Shown here piece by piece: positions 18,401 through 30,400 of a stretch of 64,000 nucleotides of DNA; the stretch's first letter is position 1; the number at the start of each line of letters is the position of its first letter. The stretch spans positions 288,001-352,000 of the forward strand of contig CH464491.1 of the NCBI GenBank assembly GCA_000002445.1. The letters run 5' to 3'. Made by a program: the position numbers and the translations under genes. Source of the stretch: Trypanosoma brucei. Lineage: Eukaryota. The notes below the pieces were generated by a model, which worked only from the letters and a program-made list of their open reading frames with translations, did not search any database and was not told the origin of the DNA.

Positions 18401-21400
18401 TTCTCCCCGAGCAAGAGGTAAACTATGTTCAATGTGGGTTGGTTCTTTCTCAGTGTACATGTAGCAATCCTGTACCAACATATTTGGTGACGAGTAACAA
18501 CCATCGTGTTGTGCACAAGGGTCTGTTCGTGAACTTTCGTGAGTCGGCGAATATTGTTACCATTCCAGCTAACTCTATGTCGTACCTAATTCCAAGCGCG
18601 ATGTTTCGTGACAAAACGAAGTTTCTTCTCTCATACTGGTTTCAAAAATTGCCTGACATGAAATTTATCAAAATCAGTCGTATCAATGTGAGTGTTGCGC
18701 GGTCACTACCTGCAATTGAGCACCTTGAGCTGCATAACCATGAAAAGAAACGCGTGGATTTTCTGGTTGATGTTCCCACTGATATTCACATTCTGCTTCG
18801 TCAGGAGAAACCTTGTGTGACGGTCCGTACGCACGATGCTATGGCTGATGACTTCCTAGGGATATATCTGTACAACGAGGATGAAAAGCGTATTGATGGT
18901 GTGACCGCTGCGACGAACTACAGGGAAATGGGGCTTGTTCACCGGCTTGCCACTGCGGGGAGATACGCTCTGTCGATCACGTGTCCTCGGGGAACCGGTG
19001 TTGTGCCGTGCCGTGTGGAGATCGTTGGCGTGGAAGATGCGAAGGTGCGTATCACCGACCCACCTGAGGATGCTGGTAATCTGTGTGAGGTTGACCTTCG
19101 CTTTCTGGGTTCTGAAGCTGAGGGTGTGCCTCTTGAAGACCTTCCGCTCGATAGTGACGCCGATTTGCAAGCTATATTGGAAGAACTGAGACGCCTGCAC
19201 GGAGACATTGATGCGAATGCTGAGCCAATTGCAAAACATGAGAGGATGATGAGTGACCGAGTTCATAAGATGGCGAGGCAGCTTCTTGCTAAGGATCGTT
19301 CGAAGTACTTACCAGGATACGATCTTCAAACGGTTAATTCCATACTTGACGCGGAGCCACATTTTGTCGTTTTAGAGCGCGATCGGTACCACCTAAAGGG
19401 TGATCCCAGGAATGCCACGAAGGTTCGGAATGTAGAGAGAAGCCTTCTTACTCTCGCTAATGAAATTCTGGAAAAACACGATGACCCTGACTTATCTTTC
19501 CTTGGAGCCGAGGTGGAAGGAATTCCCACCCTGGATCTCACTCTGATGAGCGACTCTTCATTTTCTGAGATGGCACGTGAGCGCATGCAATTAAAGCGGG
19601 ATCCCATTGCTAATGCGAGTCGTTTGGCTGAGGTTGAAGATAGTATGGTGGCACGTGCGAATGCTATTGCCAAGGAGATGCATTTGAGAGAGCGGCGATA
19701 TCTGAACCCTGAGCCTGAGGGTGTCCCCCTTGAGTTGCTTCCTTTAAACGAGGACGAAGTTGTGAGTGAGAAGGAGGACCGCCTCCGTGCGCTGAATCGT
19801 AAGGAGCGAAAAGACGAGAAACTGTTACGGAGTCTTGAGGACGTGATAGCGGACCGTGTACACGAGATCGCGAGGGAGCTGAAGCTGAGTGAACGTGATC
19901 TGTTCCTTGATCCCACTCCAGGAGGTTTCCCTGTAGCGCAGCTTCCGCTGGACGAAGACGATGTGTTTCATTCACTCGAAGTGGAGCGACTGCAACTGCG
20001 ACTGCGTCAGGATTCCCTTGCGAATAAGACATCAGAGATCAAAGAACTTGAAAGTTGGTTGAACCGTCGAGCGTGTGAACTTGCGCGTGTGAAGGTAGAG
20101 GAGGGTCGAGCGTTTCTAGACCCTGAACCTCTGGGGTTCCCACTTACCGACCTTAACCTTGACGGAGATAGTGAGTTTGTCAAGCTGGAATCGGAACTTC
20201 GTAAGTTGCGTTGGGAGCCGCGTGTGAACAGCACTGCTATGAGGACTGTGGAGGAGGATATTGCTCGCGTTGTATACCGCATAGCACTGAGGAAAACGTG
20301 TCTCGATCGTGACTATCTTGACGCGGAATATGAGGGTCGACCTGTGCAGGGGTTGCCTCTGAATGATAGTAAGGAGGTGCTTGCGATGGAGACGAGGCGC
20401 CGGGTGTTAATTAACGCGAAGGCTGACCGTGACGAAATCGGTGTTGCAGAGAATATGATACGTGATGCTGTGCGTGAGATCGCTCGCGCTCTGAATGTGG
20501 GCGAGCGCTTGGACTACTTGGAGCCATGCCCAAGAGGTGTCCCTGTAGAAGACCTCCCCCTTGACATGGATACGGAATTCCACGAGCTTGAGGTGCATCG
20601 GCAACGTCTCAAGTGTGATGCGAAGAAACAGGACACAGTAATAATGGATGTGGAGCGTGCACTGAATGATCGTGCGGAAGCCCTTGCGAGGGAGCACTTG
20701 TCGAGTGACCGTGGTTACTTGGACCCAGCATCTGTTGGTGTGCCGCTTCGTTTGCTACCACTTGATAGCGATAGTGTGTTCCAGGAGCTTGAAATTAAAC
20801 GTGCGCTACTGAAGAAGAACCCTCAGAGGAACGGACGTGCCATCTCGGCTTTGGAGGGTGGCCTGAACGAGCGTGCACACGTTCTTGCTACGGAAATGAA
20901 GCACGCGGAGCGATCGAAATTTATGGACCCTAACCCTGGTGGTATTGCCATTGAGGATGTTCCTATTGATAACGACGAGGTTTTTTGTGATCTTGAAATT
21001 CGTCGGTTTGGTTTGTGCGAGGACCCGCATGCTAATATAGCAGCGATACGAAATCTTGAAGATGCGATGAATGAGAGGGTGATCGAACTGGCTGATAAGA
21101 TGCGTTGTGAGATCCGCATGTTTCTGGACCCGATGCCATTGGGGGTGTCCTTAGATGAGCTGCCCCTTGACAATAACGAGAGCTTTGTTGCGAAAGAAGC
21201 TGAACTGCACAAGCTTCGGAAGGACCTGCGGGCAAATGGTGCCGATGTTGCTTTGCTGAAGTCTGACTTGAACGAGTTAGCCAAGCAGATGGCGGCGGAG
21301 ATGATTTCTAAAGATCGTGCTTTTCTCTTCCCTGAGCCTGAGGGTCGTCTACTGGAGGAATTGCCTCTAGATAGCGATAAGGAGTTTCGTTCTCTTGAAA

Positions 21401-24400
21401 AGCAACTACGGCTTCTTTGTAAGGAGTCTCCTCCTGAGGCACAGAAAATTGCTGCCATTGAGGAGTTGCTGGATGGTCGTGCGCATCAGCTTGCTAAAAT
21501 GAAGAACTGTGCGGAGCGGAAGGATTACCTGATTTCTCACCCTTGTGGTGTACCTTTGGATGATGTGCCACTGGACAATGACGATGAATTTTCGATGCTT
21601 GAAGTGAAACGAGCTGCGCTAATGCGTGACGTGGTGGGTAACAAGGACTCAATTGCCAGTGTGGAGAAGGCCCTGAATGGGCGAGCGGAAAAGCTTGCGT
21701 TGTTAAAGTTGCGTAGTGAGAGGTCGTTTCTCGATCCTGAGCCTCATGGCATCCCATTGCATTGTGTACCTCTTGATGATGATGATAACTTTCATTTGCT
21801 AGAGGTGGAGCGCTTGACATTGAAGGGTCTGAACATTCGCGAGAATGATCGTAAGTTGGTGGGTGTGGAAAATGCCATGAGGGACTACGTGAATGATTTA
21901 GCCCTTGAGGTGAAGCGAAAAATGAGAGAGGATGTTCTTGACACCTCACCTGATGGTCTTCCGTTGTCGGTGCTTCCTCTTGACAATGACTTACCGTTTA
22001 TTGAGTTGGAGAATGGATACATTAAAGCTGTTTTTGATGCTAAGGATACTTTGAAAATCCAGGACCTTGCAGGGGCGATGCGAAGACGTTCTGAGGACAT
22101 AGCACGTAAGCTGCGAAGTGATGTGAGGTTATCTCTCGAGCAACACCCACTCGGCTTTACTCTAGACGAGCTTCCCGTTGACGATAGTGAATTATTCTTG
22201 GGAAAAGAAAGGGAACTTCTAGAGTTGAAGCAAGATGGAAGATACAATTCCCCAACTGCTATTGAAATCATGGAGGAGCTTAACAGTATCATTTTGGACA
22301 TTGCCAAAGAACAAGCAATTAGAGAGCGCGAATTCCTTGACCAAGAACCGGAAGGTCGACATATCACTGAGTTGAATCTCGATAGCGATACGACATTCCT
22401 CGGGTTAGAAAGGCAGAGGAGATTACTCAAGAAGGATCCGTTTGCTGATCGCAGTAGGATTGTAGACTTGGAACAAATGCTTAACGATCGTTCGCACGAA
22501 CTGGCGAAAAAGCTCAACTCCCTAGATCGACCTAAATTCCTTCCCGTCGCCATACGTGGTGTGTTACTGTCTGAACTTCCCCTTGACAGCGATGCTGAAT
22601 TTACCCGACTTGAAGTTGAGCGCAGCTCTCTCTATCGCGATCCCGTACGAAACGCATCAACAATAAACCATGTGGAGGAAGCCTTGAATATCCGAGTAGC
22701 GGCTATGGCCGACGAAGTTGTCCGCCAGGATCGAATGTTCTTGGGCGAGGATGTTGAAGGTGTTTGTGTGCGTCACTTACCTCTTGATGATGACGCAGAG
22801 TTTCGTGCCCTAGAAACCAAGAGGGCGACATATAAAAGTTGTGGTTCTCGCATGGGCACGAAGGCTATCAAAGACCTTGAGGATCAGCTGGGAGATCGTG
22901 CAGCTGAGCTCGCCCGCACTGCAAAGAAGGAACTTCGCAACCTTCTCGGTACAGAACCCCTTGGTGTCCCACTCAGTGATCTACCAATTGATGTGGATGG
23001 TCGGTTTCGTGCGCTTGAAGACAATTATCGTGATCTTTCTCGTAACTCTGCGAACGGAGGGAAGCTTTGTGAGATTATTCTACAGTTGAACGAACGTGCG
23101 CTTGAACTGGCGGCGGAGTTGCACACCAAAGAGCGAGTTGTGCTAAGTCAATGTCCTGGAGGTATTCCACTGTCTGCACTTGCGCTGAATGAAGATGAAA
23201 TGTTCAAAGCTCTCGAAACGGAAGCTCGGAAGCTTAGGCATAGTACTGCTGGTCGAGGTCGCAACGCCGCTCGTATTTCTGAACTTGAGAGCGCGATGAA
23301 TGAGCGGGCGATGGAACTGGCGAACCAGTTGCGTAGGACATACTGCGACGCCGCTCCTGAGGGGATTCCACTGGAGCTACTTGGCTTGGGAGGGGTGGAG
23401 GAGTTTACGAAACTTGAAGATGCCTTGCGTGATGCGACGAAGGACCCCGTGAAGAATCGTGAGATAATAAGTGACATTGAGTTTGAACTGAACAGCCGTG
23501 CACACGTTGCTGCGATGGGACTTCTGGAAGGCGACCGCGATTACCTTGAATGTGAAACCATGGAAGTACCACTTTCTGATTTGCCTCTGAATACGGACAG
23601 TGTTTTTCGTGCGCTTGAGGTGGAGCGAGCGGTGCTGAAGTTGAGAGAACCTCACCGTGGCGCTCGTAGAGTCCGGGAGTTGGAGTTGAAACTCGTCGAG
23701 CGTGCTCACAGGCTTGCGGAAGAACTGAAAGAGGAGGATCTGAGTGGTCTTGATGGTGAGCCTGAGGGTGTATCATTACGTGCACTGAAACCACACAACG
23801 ACTCTTTGTTCAGTGAGTTTGTTGGAGCGATGCGAAAACTGAAAAGGGGACCGAAGAGAAACACTGTTGCTATTGAGGAATTGCGGGAGCGTATGAACGA
23901 GCGTGCGCACGAGTTGGCACAGGAAAAATTGAAGGATGACCGGGAGTTTCTGGATCAGTGTCCGGAGGGTGTTCCGCTTAGTGACCTTCCCTTGGGTACA
24001 GATCCTCTTTTCCACAAGCTGGAGACGGAACGCGCGAGGTTGAAGGAGCGTGACGCTGCTCGGAACATAACCCACATCCACGAACTTGAGAGTCGTCTGA
24101 AGGAGCGCGCAGTTGAGCTGGCAAATGAACAGAAAGGTCGTGATTTGAGCGAACTGGAGCAGTCGCCGTGCGGCGTGCCTATATATATCCTGCAGTTACA
24201 CGATGATCCCGTGTTGCAGAAGATGCTGAACAAAATGCGTGGATTGAGGAACCGCGGCGTCACTGGTCCCGAGTTTGTCGCACTCATTGATGAAATAAAC
24301 AACTGTGCGAGGGACGCTGCCGAGGAGCTACTGCTGCGGGACCGTGAGTACCTTGAACCTGAACCTCTCGGTGTACCACTGAGCCTTCTATCACTCACAA

Positions 24401-27400
24401 CGGACACTGTGTTTCATGGTCTGGAAGTGCAGCGTGCGGTGCTCAAGGCGCAAAATGCACGTCGGAACGCAGCGAAGATTTCTGATTTTGAGATGCGTTT
24501 AAATGAACGTGCTGTGCAACTGGCAGAAGTGCAACGGCAGCGGGAGCTGGAGGGGCTTGATCCCGAACCTGAGGGTATTCCTATATCTGTGCTTAATCCT
24601 CACGGAGATGTGGAATTTATTAAGCTTGTAACTGAGTTGCGTCAATTGTGTAGTGAGGGCAATAATGAGGGCATGTGTGATGTGCTGAAGACCACGATGA
24701 ACGACGTTGTGCATGCTCTGGCGAAGCGATTGAAGGAGGGAGATCGTGGCTACCTCGACCCTGAGCCCGAGGGTGTTCCGCTGTGTGTGCTGCCGTTGGA
24801 CACTGATGTGTTGTTTTTTAGGCTAGAGTGTGAACGTGTGACTCTGAAGGCACGTAATGCGCACTTAAACGCGAGGAGAATATGTGAGTTGGAGGACGCA
24901 CTCAATAACCGTGCAGTGGAACTTGCTCGCGAGCAACTGCGGCAGGACGTTAATGGTGTGGACGAGGCGCCGTGCGGTATTCCTCTGCAGCTGCTACGAC
25001 TTCACGAGGACAGTACCTTTCTTGTGATGGTGGATGATATTCGCACCCTAAGGAAGAATCCGGATGCTAACAGCGAGGCGATTGACGCCGTTGTCATGTC
25101 CATGAATGATCGCGCCTATGACGTTGCGATAGCTCAATTTGACCGTGGTTTCCTTGATCCTGAACCCGAGGGCGTTCCATTATGTATTTTGCCACTGGAT
25201 GACGATGAGTTGTTCCATGGTATGGAGGTGGAGCGGATTAAACTGAAGCTTACTGATGCGCGTCGCAATGCGCAGACGATTGGCACACTGGAGGAAGAAA
25301 TGAATGGCCGCGCACACGAACTCGCATTGCAGCAGTTGCGTGAGGAGCTTTCCGGTATTGATGCGGCACCTGAAGGCATTCCCTTGTCATTGTTGAGGGT
25401 GATGGAAGACCCTGCCTTTGCACTGATGGTGCTGGAGTTGCGTGACCTCAAGAAGGGCACCCAGGGTAATGCGGAACGGATTCGGGAGGTGGAGGACGCT
25501 ATGAACAACCGCGCTTACGAACTCGCGGATGGGCTGCTGGAGGGTGATCGCAGCTATCTAGACCCTATTCCCCTCGGCGTACCCGTCTCGGAACTTCCCT
25601 TGTGTTCCGACGAACCGTTTGCCACTATGGAGGTTGAACGAGCGAGGTTGAAGGCCGAAGACGCACGACGGAATGCAGCAGGGATTGGAGAACTTGAGTT
25701 GAAACTTAACAACCGCGCGAAGGAACTTGCGTCTGAACAACTATTACGTGATTTGGAAGGATTCCACGACGAGTATGAAGGGATTGACCTTGCGCACCTG
25801 AGGCCACACGACGACAAAGAATTTGTCTCCCTTGTACCGGAATTACGGAGGTTGAAAAGAGATGGTGACAAGGAAGCTGTTGAGCAACATATGCGCAGCA
25901 TGGATAGGCGCTTACGTGAGCTTGCGAAAGAGCTTGTTGGTGGTGATCTTTGGTTTCTTGACAAGGAACCGGAGGGTGTTCCCTTGACGTACTTACCTTT
26001 GGATGGGGACGAGATTCTCGACAAATTGCGCCATGAACGAGCTCAACTAAAGATACAAGATCCGCGGGGGAATGCTGACAGAATTGCGGAACTTGAGAGG
26101 AAAATGAATGAACGTATTCATGATCTAGCGAGGTGTATAGGAGATGAGGATTTTGATGGTGTTGAGGGAGAGCCTTGTGGCATTCCGTTGAGTTTACTCT
26201 CTCCTAGAGATGATGAGGTTGTTGCAAAACTTATCAATGACATTCGTAAAGTGAAATATTCTACAGGGGAGAAAAGCTCGAATGGTGCGCTGAATAACTT
26301 GCAGGTTGAACTTAGCAAACGTGTACACCAACTAGCAGAGGATGTTTTAATAAGAGACAGGGTGAAGTACCTAAACCAGTGCCCAGAAAGTGTTGATATA
26401 TCTTTTCTTCCCCTTAGTACTGACGAACAGTTTCGTGCCTTGGAGTTGGAGCGGGTCATTATTAATATCCAATCGAACGGTGACGACAAACGTTTGGACG
26501 GCTTAGAAGATATGCTTAACAAGAGAGCGCATGAGCTTGCAAAGGAACAGCTGCAGGAGGACCTAAGAGGACTGGAACAGGCTCCCCATGGTGTTCCACT
26601 TGACGTTCTTAAACCCCACAGCGACTTACGATTCATTAAAGAGGCGGAACAGCTACGGAACTTAAAAAGAGACCCGCTTCGTAATAAGAGGGAGATAGAT
26701 GACCTTGTGGAGCAAATGAATAATACTGTTGGTGAACTTGCCCTGAACTTACTACGTAGCGATCGTGACTACTTGCATTTGGCTCCTGAGGGAGTACCGA
26801 TTGAAGAGCTTCCACTGGAGGTCGATGCAAAGTTTTGTGCTTTGGAGGCGGAGCGTGCAATGTTAAAAGGCGAGAACAACCCGAAGAATGCGAGTATGAT
26901 ATTATCTTTGGAAGAGAAATTAAATGAGCGTGCTCGCCAGCTGGCTCAAGAGCAACTACTGGAAGACCTGAAGGAATTGAGTTCTTTTCAGCATTGTGTT
27001 CCTCTCTCACTTTTATCGCCTCATACTGACGTTCAGTTTGCTGCTGATGTTGCTGAATTTCGACGACTGAAAAAAGAAGGGGAGCAAAACACCCCTGCCA
27101 TTCAGGGCGTTGTCGGGAGACTTAACGCACGTGCGAATGAGCTCGCGGAAGAGTATTTGCGTACCGATCGCGCATCGTATCTTAACCCTGAACAACTTGG
27201 TGTGCCACTTGACTTGCTATCTTTGGACACAGACTCTGAGTTCGTGTCACTGGAAGCTGAGAGGCTAAAATTGTTGTCCTATCCGGCGGTTAACAATGAG
27301 CAAATAACTCGTTTGGAAGCTGAGTTGAATGCATGTGCCAAAAAATTGCTTGTTAAAAGATTGTATAAAGAAAGGAATTATCTGGATAGGGATCCACTTG

Positions 27401-30400
27401 GCGTGTCTCTGAATGCTTTACCTCTTGATACGGATTCGCAGTTTCATTTCATGGAGCTGAAGCGGTTGGCTTTGAAGGCAGGAGATCCCTGTTGTAATGA
27501 AGTCGCAATCAATACTTTGGAGGAGAGATTGAGTGACCGTGCATACGAGTTAGCAAGGGGGCAAATTGCGGAAGACTTGAGTGATCTGATAAGTGCTCCC
27601 AGGGGTATCCCGGTGAGTCTCCTTCATCCCCATAATGATCCAGAGTTTCATGAGATGGTTGTTAGTGTTCGACTGTTAAAGAGGGATTCTCAACCTGATC
27701 TATCGAAACTTATGAGGCTGGTCGATGACCTGAACAGGAGGGTAAAGGAGCTTGCAGACTGTGCTGTAGGTACATGCCGGAGAAAACTCAACCCACTCCC
27801 GGATGGTATACCCCTGCAGTCGCTTCCCCTAGATGAAGATCCATTATTCAGTCAGATGGAGCGTGATCTCGTTTCATTGTTCCTTGAAGATGAGAAAAAG
27901 AATGCCACTCGGATAACTAAGCTGGAGGACCGCCTCAATGAACGTGCGGCGAACATTGCTGTCTCTGTAAAGGCGAAGGATTTGGAGCAGTTGGAACAGA
28001 CGCCTTGCGGCATACCTATTGAGCTTTTAAGGCCCCATGAGGATTCAACTTTCGCCTCACTGGCAAATCAATATCGCATTTCCAAGCACCTGGGGGGGAG
28101 TGATTCACACGGCGTGAATGTTGGAACCCTGAACAAAAGGGCTACGGAAATAGCCATAGAGCTTCTGAGGGGCGATCAGAGTTACATTGATCGTCAACCT
28201 TGTGGGGTTCCTTTTTCCGCTTTGGAATTGGAGAAGGATCCCCAATTCCGCGACTTGCAAGTTCAGCGGATGAGGATGGTACTTTCAAATCCGAAACGCA
28301 ATCTCAACAGAATAACTGAACTTGAGGTACAACTTAACTCGTACGTTCAGAGGTGTGCGCAGGCGTTCTTGGCTGCTGATCGTGGATTTGTTGACAAAGA
28401 ACCTGGGGGTGTACCGCTCGCGGAGCTAGACCTTGACAATGATCCTCTCTTTCATCGAATGGAGGTAGAACGAGCAAAGTTGAAAATAAGAGAGCCAGTC
28501 ATCAACGCCTATCGGATACGTAATCTGGAGGAAAAATTGAACGATCGCGCTCATGAGTTGGCAGAGGAATTGTTGGCCACTGACCTTGAGGGAATTGCGC
28601 CCGAACCCGAGGGAGTTTTGTTGGCTTCCTTGCACCCGCACGACGATGCCGAATGTGCCTCCCTCATCGCCGCAAAACGGCGGTTGCTAAAGGAACCGTC
28701 CCAAAACATGGAAAAGATTAGGGACGTTCAGGAAAAGTTGAACAACCGCGTGTTTCAGTTGGCAAGGGAGGTAATTTCCAAGCTCCGTAAACAGTTGGTT
28801 CAAGAGCCGGAGGGGATTCCGCTGGAATTCTTACCGCTTGACGCAGATAATACATTTCGCAGCATGGAGAGAGATCTCCTTGCCTTGCAAGCTACTCCTC
28901 GACGTAATGATATTAAAGTGGAGACCTTGAGGGGGAGTCTGAACGAACGCGCGTGCGAGTTAGCAAGGGGTCAAATACAATGTGGCCGTGGATTCCTTAA
29001 CCCACAACCGGAGGGTGTTGATCTCGAGCACCTTCCCCTTGATGAAAATGTGGTGTTTCGAAGCAAGGAGGTAGAAAGGACCAAACTCAAAAGGTGCCCT
29101 CACGAAAATGCAGCCGCTATTACGCAGCTAGAAAGTGATCTGAATGCCCTCGTACACAGCATCGCAAAAGACATAAAATTATCAGACCGTGCATTTCTGA
29201 ACCTAACGTCACACGGTATCCCGAGGGAATTGCTACCACTTGATGAGGATCGGAGCTTCACGACGATGGAACGTCGGCGAAGGAGACTGAAACGTGACGG
29301 CAACCGTAGGGCCACTGCAATGATGAATCTGGAGGAAATGATGCAGGATCGTGTAGATGACTTGGCTTTTCGCATTTTGCGAGGGGATCGGGGTAACTAT
29401 GTCACTCTTCCTGATGGGATTGACGCAGCAGACATTCCTATAGATACTGATGAACGTTTCGGAACCTTGGAGTTGAGGCGCGCAGTCGTAATGTTACAGG
29501 GTTCGGATGATTGCAAGGAACAAGTGGGGAAGTTGGAGCACCAGATGAGCGAGCGACTACAAGAATTAGTCAGGAAGCGGGTAAAAGAAGACAGAGATTT
29601 CCTTGATCCGGAACCTGAGGGCATTCCATTGAAGGATATTCCACTTGACTCCGATGCCGAGTTTAGGCATCTTGAGGCGCGAAGAAGAAAAATCCGTCGC
29701 GAATCGCGTCGTCGAGTAACTAATGTCGCCGATCTGGAGGAGGCTATGAATGATCGCGCACATGTACTTGCAAGGTGTATCGTCGCTGAAGATGTCGGGC
29801 ACCTTCGGCCTGATTACCGAAGGATTCCAACCAACGAGCTGCATCTTCATAACGATGACACGTTTAGGTCACTCGCTAGCAAACGTCGGGAGCTGCTACA
29901 GGTGGGCGCAGTCACCGTTGATATTGCTGCCATCGAAGACGATATGGACATCCGGGCGCTGCAGGTTGCTGATGATGTAGTAGCGGAGGAACGGGCCTTT
30001 TTAGACCCACAACCCGGGGGCATGTTTATTGTTGACTTGCAGCTCGATGAAGATGAAACATTCTTTGCACTTGAGCGTGAGCGGCGGAGGATGAGAAAGG
30101 ATTTCCGTTTCGCTAAGCGGAACAAGGAGGCCATTAACGACCTTGAAGTCAGTCTTAATGAACGTGCTTGTGAATTGGCAAGGGAGGCGTTTTCAAAACA
30201 ACGCGATTTCATGGATCAGGAGCCCGAAGGTATTCCTCTAAAGGAGCTGCCTCTTGATAATGACTTGATTTTTAAAGATGCTGAAATTTCTCGATACGTG
30301 TTGTTGAAGGATCCAAAACATGCAGCGAATGAATTAATTGCCTTCGAAAACGTCATGAATTGTCGGGCGCATGAGCTAGCGAAGGAGATCATTGCAAAAG

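Noticed and set aside
19326-26636. Many long minus-strand ORFs (e.g. 19326..19916, 20823..21458, 21885..22553, 25554..26024, 26118..26636) inside gene 2
   Set aside because: They are Ser/Arg-rich antisense translations of a Glu/Leu/Arg-rich repetitive coding strand. The + strand carries a continuous 17-kb ORF with a clear domain and repeat structure.
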